A stretch of DNA of 63,533 nucleotides, the filler included, from Folioceros fuciformis (taxonomy: Eukaryota), in the NCBI GenBank assembly GCA_049999805.1. It is 11 parts of 11 records of this genome, joined end to end, with 100 filler letters (N's around TTAATTAATTAA, not from the genome) between each part and the next. Parts side by side here need not be neighbours in the genome. Positions count along the whole stretch, not along the records: positions 35,773 to 38,493 come from JBNGIO010005124.1; positions 38,594 to 41,679 come from JBNGIO010005125.1; positions 41,780 to 51,388 come from JBNGIO010005126.1; 8 more parts are not named here. The stretch is one strand, 5' to 3'. Positions 36,953 to 48,969 of the stretch are shown piece after piece (position 1 is the first letter of the stretch; every line of letters starts with the position of its first letter). Position numbers and translations under genes: made by a program. The notes under the pieces are model-generated. The model did not search any database and had not been told where the DNA came from. It saw nothing but the letters and a program-made list of their open reading frames with translations.

Positions 36953-38493
36953 ATGTCTAGTGGAAGATGTGATCGCAGAACTGGTAGAGGGAGAGCAGTT
37001 GTAACCCCTTCACCAAGGGATCTGCATGCAACAAGGAGGAATTTGCTGAGAGGAGAGAGTAGCTTGACCCCTAAGGCTAGCACCCTTGTGCAGGAGGAGC
37101 TGCCTTGGTCAAGTGGAGAGCACAAATCTGAAGGGTTGATTGCCGGAGAGCGTGACATCCAGGAGGTTGGTATTACATCTGGTTGCAGGAAGGAGTCTTA
37201 CAGCCAACAAGTGGGTCGTGTTGAGAGGGAGTCCGCGTTACAGTCAAGTGTTGTGCAGTCAACTCTAGGTGATACTTCAGTCGTGGTATCATTGCTGGAT
37301 AGCTTGCAGTCACTTGTTGGTGGTCAGTCAGTTCCCTTGCCGGCCATTGTTCCATTGTCAGCCCCCGTAGTGGTTTCAGTAGGGGCTGTACTTCCTACGT
37401 CAAGTATCAGCCAAGTGGGTGGAGGAGTTGCTGCAAGGATGGCTGCTCCTATTCACAGTCGTCAGCAATACGTGAAGTTTGGAGACAAGAGAAGAGGGGA
37501 GGATGCTGAATCCTTCCTAAGGACGTTCGAGCATGTGTCTCGTGCCAACATGGAGGACACTACAGCTGATCGTTTGAGGATCTTTCCAGGTTTGCTAAGA
37601 GGACAAGCTCAGCAGTGGTACAGCCGGACGTATGGAGTGACACCACCAGTGGATTGGGACATCCTGAAAGACGATTTCTTGACCAGGTTCCGAGGTCTCA
37701 GCCATGGCCATCACACCTACGCGAGGTTGAGGACTTTGAAGCGAGGAAGGAAGGAGGATCTCTATGACTACATTGAGAGGTTCTACAGCTATGTGGACTG
37801 GATCCCAAGTGGCAGGCCAGTTGTTCCAGGAGGTCCGAGTACTCCAGGGTACACGGATGCTCAAGCTTTGGATTGGTTTGCTGGAGGACTACCCGATAGG
37901 ATGGCAACCTACTGCACAAGAGGTGTGACCACTTTGCAGGAGGCTTTGAAGGCTGCTGAAGATTTTGAGCTGTCGGAGTTGAGCAGAGAGAAGAGGAAGC
38001 AGAACCGGAAGTATGGGCATCATAGGAGGTCGAGGCATCACAGCCCATCTTCCTCTTCAAGGTCAAGGTCACCGTCTCACTCTGATCCGGATTATGACAG
38101 CCTTGTGTCTGATCCTTACACCGATGAGGAGTCCGATAAGGCTTATGAGAAGAGGATGAGGAAGGACCTGGAGAAAGCACGCAAGAGGCACGAGGAGGAT
38201 GAGGATCGTCGAGCTGAGAAGGACAAGAGAGGCAAAGGATCCTATAGGATGGAGAGAGGCGAACCGTCCTCAAGTGGTGGAGGACTGACCAGTTAGGTTG
38301 AGGCATTGACGAGGAGGCTGGCCGAGTTGGAGGTGAAGGCTGTACGCAACCAAGCACCAAGGAGGTCACCTTCACCAGGTCGGCAGCTGGTGTACTGTCC
38401 TATCTGTCACCAATCAGGACACACCCACCAAGAGTGCACTAGGGCTCCCCGCCACGCCGTCAACCAAGTGGACACCTACCTACCAGGAGACTA
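36953..38493 (+). CDS. gag: Ty3/gypsy gag; one in-frame TAG at 38294-38296; truncated by contig end
   Basis: EDAESFLRTFE..IFPGLLRGQAQQWY..DWDILKDDFLTRF..EDLYDYIERF..WFAGGLP, with knuckle CPICHQSGHTHQEC after the stop. Homologous to the gag at 3717-4919. Confidence 0.88.
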
Positions 38494-38593
38494 NNNNNNN
38501 NNNNNNNNNNNNNNNNNNNNNNNNNNNNNNNNNNNNNTTAATTAATTAANNNNNNNNNNNNNNNNNNNNNNNNNNNNNNNNNNNNNNNNNNNN
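38494..38593. other. Artificial contig spacer
   Basis: N44-TTAATTAATTAA-N44. Confidence 0.99.
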
Positions 38594-39765
38594 CATGCTC
38601 CTCCCCTAGAGGCTAGCTCAGCCACCAAGGGTGAACAGTTGCAGGGGAAGACTTAGCGGGCGACCATCCAGCAAGGAAGAGGCGGTGTCCGCAGACCTTT
38701 GAAGATCAGACATCCTCTGAAGTCTCAGGATAGTCTAAGAGGTGGTAGATCCTTGTGGTGGTAGGGCCAGAAGCTCATTGGTGGTAGGCTGTGCTAGAAG
38801 TCTAAATAAGTGGCTGGTGACAGCCGGATAGGCTATTAAGATAATATTTCTCAAGTTAGAGAGAGGTGAAGTCAGAGAGAGAGAGAGATAGGCTCCTATA
38901 AGATCAGGTGAGCCTGTAGGAGGAGGGAGTCATTCACTTTTGGGAGTCAGTCTATCTCTTTGTGAGCTCTTGGAGGTCCTCTCTTCTTGAGCTCTTATGG
39001 TCTGTCCCTGCTTGGTCTAGGACCTGCAGTGTGTTGCCGGCTGTGCAACGTCTGGTAGGATCGCAAGCCGTGTGTTGCCGGCTGTACAGTGTCTGGTAGG
39101 ATCGCGGGCAGCGTGTTGCCGGTTGTATAGTGTCTGGTAGGATCACAAGGTGTAATGACCAGGGTGAAGGGGCTTGCCCCTAGCTCTTGATTGTAAAGGG
39201 TGTGTCTTCCTCCCGACCTGTCCACTCTTGTTCCTTGCTTGGTCAAGTGCTGTAGGCCGGCCATGTCTCATGGCGTCTGGTAAGGTTGTGGGGAGGAGAT
39301 ACCCAAGAGGGGAGTGTGTTCCCTTCTTCCTTTTGTTTGGGGTTAGTCTAGTGACTCTTGCCGGGTAGGAGGAGTCCGTAGGCAGCGTAGAAGGTAGTGG
39401 TGTCGTTGCTGGTGGCTGGTAGTTGCTGGTGTTGGTGCTGGAGTGAGAGAGTGAGTGAGGTGTGTGAGGAAAGACGCAGATCTGAGAGGTTAGAGTCGTT
39501 GTAGTGACTGGAGTGAGTTTGTGGGCACCGAGAGAGGTGCAGCTGACCGCCGGACAGCGAGGCCTGTCCTACGCCTGATCGGAGCTGGAGGGGAGCCCTC
39601 GAATCCATCATCGAGTTCATCAAGTCCGACCCTCCATCCACAGCAGCAAGGAACCCCATCGCTCCTTCGTGGGAACGAAACCCAATGTCTCAACGACAGT
39701 GGGATAAGTGTGGCCACTAAAGGTGGAACCCATTGGCAATCAGTGCCCGGGGTTTTGCCTCCACA
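38594..39765 (+). mobile_element. LTR family B (3' or solo LTR) with three 41-bp units at 39031-39150
   Basis: Closely similar to 2667-3352 and 36103-36877; no PBS follows. Confidence 0.85.
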
Positions 39766-41679
39766 CCGGGCAAGGAATCGGCCGGGCTACAGCGAGAGTT
39801 GGCCAGGTAGGTAGCCAGAGGCGGCATGGATTCCGCGAAACGGCTGCAAAAAGGCAGCCCTATCTAGCTGCAGGCAGACAGCACTGCAAGCGAGCAGACC
39901 CGACCAACAGCAGGCGGCTTAGCAAGCGGGCTGCCTGACCACGTTCGGGAGGAGCAGGTCACCCTGTAGGCTGGCTGCCTGGCCAGATCCAGGTCGGGCT
40001 GGCCAGCAAGCGAGCCCAGGCACGCGGGCAAATTGGTAGGGGGGGCCTGCCAGATCCGGTTGGCTTCCCGGCCGGATCTAGCCGGCCAGCAAGTTGGCCC
40101 AGCGGCTGGCATGGCCGCCGAGGAAGGCAGGCGGCCAGCAGCATAGGCAGCGGCCTGGCCGGATTGCCAAGCAAGCCGCGTAGGCAGCGGCCTGGCCGAA
40201 TCGCCAAGCAAGGGATGGAGGCTCATCGGGAGGAGGGATGGAGGCTCATCGGCCTGTTCTTTTCTAAACAAAACCATTCACATCCTCGTGCCCAAGCCAT
40301 AATTGGAACCCGGTTGTGCTAAGCACTGGCAAGTGAAGGTGGCTCCAATAGAGGAACTAGCCAAGGGAAGTCCGAGAGGCTGCGGGAAGCTTGATGGTGG
40401 TGGAGCGGGTTGCCAGGATAGTAGCTTGTTGTCAGGGGGAAGCCAATGGGGGTGTTCTGAGTGACACTCCACGGATGACAGGCCTTCCTAACAATATGAG
40501 GGAATGGAACATTCCATCCTATGATCCTACGGCTTGGGGAGAAAGAGTGTTCAATTTTGAAGAGGTCACCACAGTACTGGAAGAAGGGGAGGTGTGGACT
40601 CCACATGCTGAACAGACCCCTGGGAAATGATAGGTTTTCTTTTTTTTGGGATTTGTGAGTGAGTGTTGTAGAGGAAAGGTTGGAAGGTTAGGTTAGAATA
40701 GTAGCTAGAGTGATGGTGAGTCGATAGGGTAGGTAGGTTGAGTGGTAGATAGGACGTGGGCTCTGGTTCCTGGGGTAAGGTGACGGAGGAATAGTAAACC
40801 CTAGGACGTCATGGAAGGCGAGCGGGGCTCTCTTTGGTCGATGCTGGTGGAAGCGGGATACGAGGACAGCGGTGCCTGGGATCGAGGGCCGAGAGCAGGC
40901 AGTCACGCAAGGAGGGCCTAAGGTGGTGGGAGTACCAGGTTCGGGGAAAGTTAGCCAGCCAGATGGCCAAGTAGGGGGAGTGTCGCCTCAGGGTCAGTAG
41001 GCTGGAGGGTAGCCGAGTAAGTAATGGACCGGCTGTTCGGCTAGCCACACGAGTCGGCTAACTTGGCCTGGGCGAGGCCAGGCAGCCGGCTGGCCAAGGG
41101 AGGAGTAGGCAGCAGCTGGGTAGGCGGCTGCTGGCAAGCCGCATGGCCAGACCCAGGCCGGGGGCTGGGCCGGATCGGACAGGTTGCCTAGCGGGCATTT
41201 GTGTAGGCTAGGCGGCCGGCGGGCTGAGAGCAGGAAGACGCCTAGCTGGCAAGGAGCTGGCTGGGGTGGCCGTGAGTCGGGCAGTTGATGGCTGCAGCGC
41301 GGGGAGCTGATTGGGAGGACTCGGGGGTGAAGTGCCTGGCTGATCGGGAGGCCGGGCTGATTTGCTAGCCAAGCAGGTGGGTAGGCCGCAATCTGGGCGG
41401 TGGGGTGGCTGGCGGTGGAGAGATCTAACCAGCAGCGGCAGATGACGGCTGCCTGCCCGATTCTGGAGCCGGGCTGGTTGCAGCTGGACCAAGCAACCAG
41501 TAGGCTGGCTGGGCAGGGGCCGGGTCATGACGACTCGTCGCGGCAGGGCCAGACAGGCGCTGGCCGGATCGCCAGCCAACTCGCGGGCAGGCCAGAAGCA
41601 GGCGATTTCAGCCAGGCATCCAGGCAGTCGCCAGGTAGCTTGGCAACGGCTGCTGAGGAGCTGGCCGGCGCCCCAGCGG
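39766..41679 (+). mobile_element. 3' UTR, PPT (40579-40592) and 3' LTR (from 40593) of a gypsy element related to LTR family A
   Basis: GGAAGAAGGGGAGG followed by TGTGGACTCCACATGCTGAACAG..., similar to the reverse complement of 6660-6718; flanked by GC-rich GGCTGGCC low-complexity tracts. Confidence 0.72.
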
Positions 41680-41779
41680 NNNNNNNNNNNNNNNNNNNNN
41701 NNNNNNNNNNNNNNNNNNNNNNNTTAATTAATTAANNNNNNNNNNNNNNNNNNNNNNNNNNNNNNNNNNNNNNNNNNNN
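41680..41779. other. Artificial contig spacer
   Basis: N44-TTAATTAATTAA-N44. Confidence 0.99.
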
Positions 41780-42399
41780 TCCATCAATCTTCTTTGGCGA
41801 TTTTATGGACAACGAGCTCGACTCCTCCTTACTTGCAGAAGCGTCCTCGGCCTCCAACATCTTCAGCTCTCAGATCGACTGGGGGAATAGCAGGCCCGAA
41901 ACGCTCCAGGATGAGGATAGCCAATGACATTTCCAGCACAGAGGGCACTCAATAGGCACGCATTCATCAGCAGCAGGCCCACGCGTCTACACACGGCAAG
42001 GAGCACACACCTAGCAACCAATTAGCCACTAAGATCCGCACAACGGCGGCACATCCTCAGGAGCGTGCCCTCACGGCCATCATGAACCGGCAGATACGAG
42101 TATTTTTGACCAAGCATTTGAGATAGACACGTGGGGCGACTCTCGGCCACACAACTTGATGCCCGGCTCTCACCCTCGACCGAGGACCCCAAAAGCAAAT
42201 AGGAAATTGTATTTGAATTTAAATAATGATCCTAACTCCATCATTCAACCTACATATACTCAAGCTGTTGAAGACCCTCTTCACAAGGACATTGAGGACA
42301 CTCCACAACAAGACAACCCCGTTGATACAAGAGGCAGGCATCCTCAAAGACATAATGCAGGTAAAATTAATAGATATTCCCCCACTAATTGGTGGGACC

Positions 42400-42800
42400 C
42401 TAAGAACACTTTAGCCTATTGCCTCCATGCAACCATAGATCAATTTGTTCCAGCCAATTATCACGAAGACATGACATGCACATAAAAGGAACATTGGAAA
42501 AAGGCAATTAAATCAGAATTAGAATCCCTACAAGCTAATAAGACTTGGACCCTAACTAGTCTACCTAAGGATAGAAAATTAGTAGGCTCTAAGTGGACTT
42601 TTAAAATTAAGTTAAATGCTGATGGTAGCATAGAAAGATATAAAGCTAGATTAGTGGCAAAGGGATATTCTCAAAAGTACAGATTTGATTATGATGAAAC
42701 TTTTAGTCCTATACTTAAGATAACCTCACTTAGGATTCTTGTAGCTTTAGCATCTCACCATGACTATAAATTAATGCAACTTGACATCAAGACAAAATTT
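42400..42800 (+). pseudogene. pol: Ty1/copia RT N-terminal fragment, interrupted by element W
   Basis: WKKAIKSELESLQANKTWTL...KWTFKIKLNADGSIERYKARLVAKGYSQ...YDETFSP...QLDIKT. Confidence 0.9.
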
Positions 42801-43475
42801 TGTTAGAAATCAAGCTCTAACTGAATTGTTATTAAGAGCATACAACACTTAGGATAGTGTAGATTATCCCATATTGAACTCGAAGTTATCTTCCACCTAA
42901 GTGATACCAGGTTATACCAGGATATTACACCCTCAAGACTAAGGCTTACCTTATCGAGGGTTGCCCCGCCTAAAGGCTATATATGTAGCATCTTGTGCAC
43001 CATAAGGAATGTACTATGGAGTCCATCTTAGCTTGTGGTGCTATTTCAACATGGTATCAGAGCCAGAGAGAGCGTTGGCGGCCATGGTGGCTATGGCGGG
43101 GGTTTGAGGCTATGGCCGTATTGAGGGTTATGTTTAACCCTACCTGGTTTAGGTTACCAGGGTTTATACAACCCTAACTCAAGAGACACAATTTTGTTCT
43201 TATATACTCTTGTTTAACATTAATTGTATTGTATCATTTTACAAATATCAGCTTCCGCTAGTTTAACATGGTATCAGAGCTCACTATTTATGACTTGTTA
43301 TCAAGCTCATACGAATCATTCTAGCACACAATGTGCAATTGTCATGATAGACTTTTGCAGAATTCTATGCCGGAGCAAATCGTATAAACCTGCATTCTAA
43401 GTCAGTGTTTGCGAAGTTTACAAATAGAGAAATATGTCTATACTACTTTGCAAATGATCCTGATAATTGGTTGCA

Positions 43476-44066
43476 ATGGCTCGAGGACCTGGAGGACACA
43501 GGCATCGTGAAGTTCTCCACCCTCAACCTAGAAATTGCTCTAATAGGAGTCCTCCAAGGAGGCCTCCACCACCACTGAGGAGGAGACTGCCTCCACCGTC
43601 AGCATGGTGGACGGAGGGCGCAGATCAATTCTGCAATTGCAACCGCACCAACATTCAGAGGAGTTCTAGACCTCAGGCTTACTACGTTAGAGAATTTGAA
43701 AAATCAGAAAGGAATTCTAGAATTCAAAGGAATTCAGATCCAGCTGCTGCTCAGCAGCTCCCAAGTCTAAATTTTGCCAATCTCTCCCTAACATATATTA
43801 CCTTGGTGGGTAGGATCAATTCGTTTGAGGCTATCTTCTTGGACAAATTTGCAAGACTTGAAGAGCACTATTTGACATCTTTGGCTGCTCAGAAGCGTTA
43901 CTTTCGAGCCCTTGCAAAACAGATCTGGGATCTTCTAAGAGCGGTGTCAGCCCTATCCCTGGGTGATTCTTCTGCAGACAACAGGAGAGATTCAGCAGGG
44001 ATTGATTGCGTTCAGAATTCATTAGCTCCAATCCCTGGTCGATTCCAGGATCAGATTCTTCTCTGA
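43476..44066 (+). CDS. Extra ORF in the element Z leader, upstream of gag; function unknown
   Basis: Uninterrupted frame of about 196 codons (MARGPGGHRH...LLRAVSALSLG...) between PBS and gag; no recognisable domain. Confidence 0.4.
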   Translation: MARGPGGHRHREVLHPQPRNCSNRSPPRRPPPPLRRRLPPPSAWWTEGADQFCNCNRTNIQRSSRPQAYYVREFEKSERNSRIQRNSDPAAAQQLPSLNFANLSLTYITLVGRINSFEAIFLDKFARLEEHYLTSLAAQKRYFRALAKQIWDLLRAVSALSLGDSSADNRRDSAGIDCVQNSLAPIPGRFQDQILL

Positions 44067-44585
44067 AAAATTTGGAGCCGGATCTGAACAGGTGCGCTGT
44101 GGGGAGTATCTTTCCAGGCAATTTCACTGTGAGGATCTCAAGCGCTGGGCATGTCAGACCTGCCTCCTTGCTACATCACCATCTCAGCACACCTGCTTCA
44201 GAAACCCATCGGTTCAGTGTTAGTTGCACCTTTTAAGGTCAGCTGAAGCTCAACCGTCATTTTTTTTTAGCGTTTCATTTAAGGCCCTTTTTTTTGTTTG
44301 GTTACTAACCTGTTGGGTGGCAGATGTTCCTCTCGTTAGAGTATGTCTGCAGAATAGGTTAGTGACTTCGAGTCATCCTCCCATGATAGTGAGGATTCTC
44401 CACTTCCAAATTCCCCTGCACGTTCAGCGAATAGTCTTTTGTTTGTTAGTAGCTTTGAACCTGTATAGGAAGAAGGCATAGCAGACTATATTAGGGACTA
44501 TTTAAATAGCCTAATCTCACGGCCTTTTGGCTATAATCCTAATCGTCAAGACCAGCAACTTAATCAGCAGATACCCATTATCAAT

Positions 44586-47500
44586 ATGACTTCCTCTACT
44601 GCACAAGTGTCAACCTCTGTTGGAATTACGTATTCTAGTGACTTCAAGGAGAAGGACCGGTTTGGTGGTCAAGCTAGCAGATTCGAGAGCTGGCGGGCCC
44701 GGATGAAAGCTTTTCTTGACGCCAAAGACCTATGGGAATATGTGGATGGTACCCTCACAACACCTGATATCACTCAAGCAGGTATCACTCAAACAGATGT
44801 AGATAAGTGGGTGAAAGGCAACAAGGTGGCTTTTGCGATCCTTCTTTCTGGACTAGACGAAACAACGGTAACAGAGGTGGAGTCCTTACCAACTGCTGCT
44901 GACGTCTGGACCCAACTGAAGGACACCTACCAAGTACAGAATATTCTCACACTTGTGGCTGCTCGCAACGAGTTCTTTGGCCTGAAACTTTGTGATGGAG
45001 ATGATGTCGGACCTCATGTGGTCAAGTTCAGAGACTTGAGGTCACAGCTGACTGCTCTGGGGAGCACTATGTCGGAGGTGGATGCTGTTGCTCAACTTCT
45101 ATCCAGCCTACCTGCAAGCTTCCAGAATTTCATCTCTAGTCAGAATGCGGCCTTACAGGCTTCGTACGTTGCTATTGCTGCAAAGAAACCACCTACTGTT
45201 ACCTTCAACAGCGTGGTTGGTGCTCTCCTACAAGAGGAGCAGAGCCGACAGAAACCAAGGACTTCCTCTCGCGTCCGTGGGGAGAAAGTGCTCTTTGCTG
45301 CAAAAGGCAAAAACACCGGACAGGGTAAGCAGAAAGGCAGGAAGAGTTCTAACTCATCTCCTTCCCACACCTCGCCCAGCACCAAGCGGCAGGGGAACTG
45401 CAATTGGTGTCAAATACAAGGTCACTGGGAATGTGACTGTCGGAAGAAGAAAGCAGGGGAACCCAAGAAGGATCCGAGATCTGAGGCCCATGTGACTTCC
45501 AAAGACAGCAAAAGTTCTGGACCACCTAAGAGTAGCAGCACAGTTCTTATTGTGTGCCTCTCCTCCTCCAAAGAGCCTTCTTCAACCTGGTTTGTTGATT
45601 CTGGTGCGACTGCTCACGTGTGCAACAACAAGGAGCTTTTCTCCACCTTCCACAAGATGAGGGGGAAAACACCAGAGTTAGTGTATGTAGGAGATTCTCG
45701 TGGAGTGGAGGTAAAGGGCAGTGGGATAGTTAAGATACCTTTGGCAGCCGGCAAGTCTTTGCATCTGCATGATGTTTTGTATGTTCCCACGATGTCTAAG
45801 AACTTGCTGTCGGTTAGAGTTGTAGCTCATAATCAGCATTTAGCTTTTCGCTTTGAGGATAGAAAGTGCTATCTGTATCACCCTTTTGATCCTGACACAT
45901 ATGTGGCGAAAGCAGTCCTTGTTACCGACTTGTACCAGTTAGTCACAACAGCAAAAGTTCATGCTAGGGCACTTACGTCTACGCACCATGCTCAGGCTAA
46001 CCTTTGGCATGCTAGACTGGGACACGTCAACAAGGCAAAGCTGGATTTCATGTCTACCTCCGATTGCTATAGAGAAAGGCTCCCGTCTTGTTTTAAACAT
46101 CTTGCTCCCTGCAGTTCTTGCATTCTGTCAAAACAGAAGGAGCTTTCGTTTAAGAACAAGAATCCAACACGTGCTAGAGCAGTACTGGAGCTAATCCATG
46201 CAGATATTGTTGGCAAATTACCTGAGAAGTCACTTGGCGGTGCTGAGTATTATCTTACCCTCACCGATGACTACTCGAGGTATACGTGGACGTTCCCTCT
46301 GAAATTGAAGAGTGAAGTCTTCGACACAATTGCTGCCTGGATCCCTATGGTGCAACGTCAAATAGGCTGCCTAGTCAAGTGTTTCAGAACTGACAATGGA
46401 GGGGATTTCACAGGCCACAAGTATGATGATCTGTTTGAATAGTTTGGTATTGTAAGACAACTCTCTATTCCCTATACTCAACAGTAGAATGGTGTGGCTG
46501 AGAGGAAAAACCAGACACTTATGGGCATGACAAGGAGCATGTTGTCGTGGGCTGGTATATCAAAATAGTTCTGGGTAGAGGCAATAGTGACTGCTACCTA
46601 CATTCTCAACAGAGTGGTTACCTCTGCTTTGCCTGGACGGACTCCCTATGAGGCCTTTTGGGGCAGAAAACCCTGTCTGTTACACTTGCGAGTCTTTGGA
46701 TCACCTGCTTTTGCGTATGTTCCAGAAGCAAAACGCAACAAGTTAGATAGCAGGTCTGTCCCTCTTATTTTCCTAGGCTACTCTGAGGAATCAAAGGCCT
46801 TTAAACTTTATGATAAAGTCACTTCAAAGATTGTTCTTGCTAGGAGTGTGATTGTTAGTGAACTTACCCAATCTCCAGCACTCCCTGAGCATGACCTTCT
46901 AGATGGGCAGATCTTAGATCCCACTTCAACTACTCCTTCTCAAGCTGAAAGGTCAGGAACCCCAATTTTTGAAATTGCACCTCATCAATATCCTCAGTCA
47001 AATGGGGAAGGACCTACTGCAGAAGATATGGGTGCAGCTGACGAGCAGCATCTAAATGGAGTTGGCCAGCAACCTGAGGACGATCCTCCACCAGCAGCTG
47101 ATGATGAGATACCTCCTGCACATGCTGTGGGGGAATTTGCAGAGGATCAGGCTTCCTTACATGAATTCGAAGATGTGATCTCTTTGTCTAGTGTTGAAGA
47201 TGATGCACAATCTGCTCTTTCTGAGGAGCCTGAGCCTGGACCACAACCAGCACCACCTGTGGATCAACAACCTCGTTATAATTTCAAGGAACGGAGATCT
47301 CGAGATCAGTGGTTTGAACCCCCTTACCAATCTTTGGATTTTCATAGGCCCTCTGTTCAGGTTTCTGATCTTCATGTACCCGATGTCAGACTTGACCCAC
47401 AGTCATATGATGAGGCTGTTAACGGACCTGATGGTGACAAATGGAGAATCTCCATCGAGGATGAGTATCAATCTCTTATCGGAAACGGCACATGGGAGCT

Positions 47501-48969
47501 AGTTGATCTTCCACCTGGCAGAAAACCAATCAGTTGTAAATGGGTTTTTAAAACAAAACTTAAGGCTGATGGTACAGTAGCCAGGTATAAGTCCAAACTA
47601 GTTGCTCGAGGCTTCAGTCAGATTCCAGGCATAGACTACGGGGACACCTTCTCACCTGTTGTCAAACCACCCTCTGTTCGCATTCTCCTTGCTTTGGCAG
47701 CCGAGTTTGACTTGGAAGTCCAGCAAATGGATGTTTGTACTACATTTCTCCATGGTGAGCTTGAAGAGACGCTGTACATGGAACAACCTGAGGGGTATAT
47801 CGATAAAAAAATGGGTTAAAAAGGTCTGCAAGTTACTTAAGACTATGTATGGCCTCAAACAGTCCCCTAGAGCCTGGTACAAGAGAATAATGAAGTACCT
47901 TAAGAAGCTAGGGTTTCTTCAGTCTCCTGCTGACGGCAATATCTTTCTTCTCATTGTTGGAGCACTCTTTGTTATCTTGGCACTCTATGTGGATGACTAT
48001 GTCCTGCTTAGCAATAGCACAGAACTGTTAGCCAAGGTTAAAGACATGCTTCGACAAGAATTTGAAATGACTGATCAAGGGGATTTGCAGTTTTGCTTGG
48101 GTATACAAATCCTTCGCAATAGGTCAACTGGCACTATTACCTTACATCAGACGAAATACCTTAACGAGATTTTGAAGCGATTTAATCTTCAGGATGCTCG
48201 CCATATAGCCACTCCCTTGGCAGTGGGGGAAAAGCTGATCTGTGCATAGTCTCCACAAACACAGCGTGAGATTGAAGACATGAGCAATGTACCTTATGCC
48301 AAGGCAGTGGGTTGTCTGATCTTCCTTGCAAACTGGACTTGCCCCGATATTAGTTATTCAGTGAGCATGGCGTCCCAGTTTCTCCGACAACCTGGCAGGG
48401 CACACTAGGCTGCCGTTAAAAGGATTTATCGGTACCTCAAAGGCACCATCAACTATGGGCTGCAATATTCAGCCAGTGGGAATAGCTGTATGGTACTTAC
48501 CTCCTTCGCAGACGCCGATTGGGCTTCTGATGCCGACACCAGAAAGAGTCTCTCGGCTTACTGTTTTCTGCTATCTTCTAGAGCTGTGAGTTGGGGCTGC
48601 AAGAAGCAGTCTTCTCTAGCTCTTTCTTCCTCAGACGCTGAATACAAGGCCTTGATTGATGCTTGTAAGGAGGCGGAATGGCAGAGGCAGTTCCTGGAGT
48701 CTGTACAGCAGCCATAGAAGGAGCCCACTATGTTATACTGCGATAATATGAGCGCAATAGCTCTTGTGGCAAACCCTAGGTTTCACGCCCGAACTAACTA
48801 TATTGAGCTATATCACCACTACATAAGGGATGTGGCTGAGCGAGGGGTCGTGAAGGTAGAGTATGTTAGCACACATGATAACACTGCAGATATCTTTACC
48901 AAGGGTCTGTCCAAAGTCAAGCATTTCCAGCATCTCGCAGCCCTAGGTCTACGTGAGTTTGTGCTTTAA
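44586..48969 (+). pseudogene. pol: Element Z gag-protease-integrase-RT-RNase H polyprotein, with about 6 TAG stops and one frameshift near 47810
   Basis: Knuckle CNWCQIQGHWECDC, WFVDSGATAH, LWHARLGH..CSSC, IHADIVG, RTDNGGDF, QMDVCTTFLHG, LYVDD, ADADWASD, RFHARTNYIE. Confidence 0.96.

Noticed and set aside
39766-41679. Many Pro/Ala/Arg/Gly-rich ORFs
   Set aside because: They are by-products of GC-rich GGCTGGCC low-complexity DNA in a gypsy 3' UTR and LTR.
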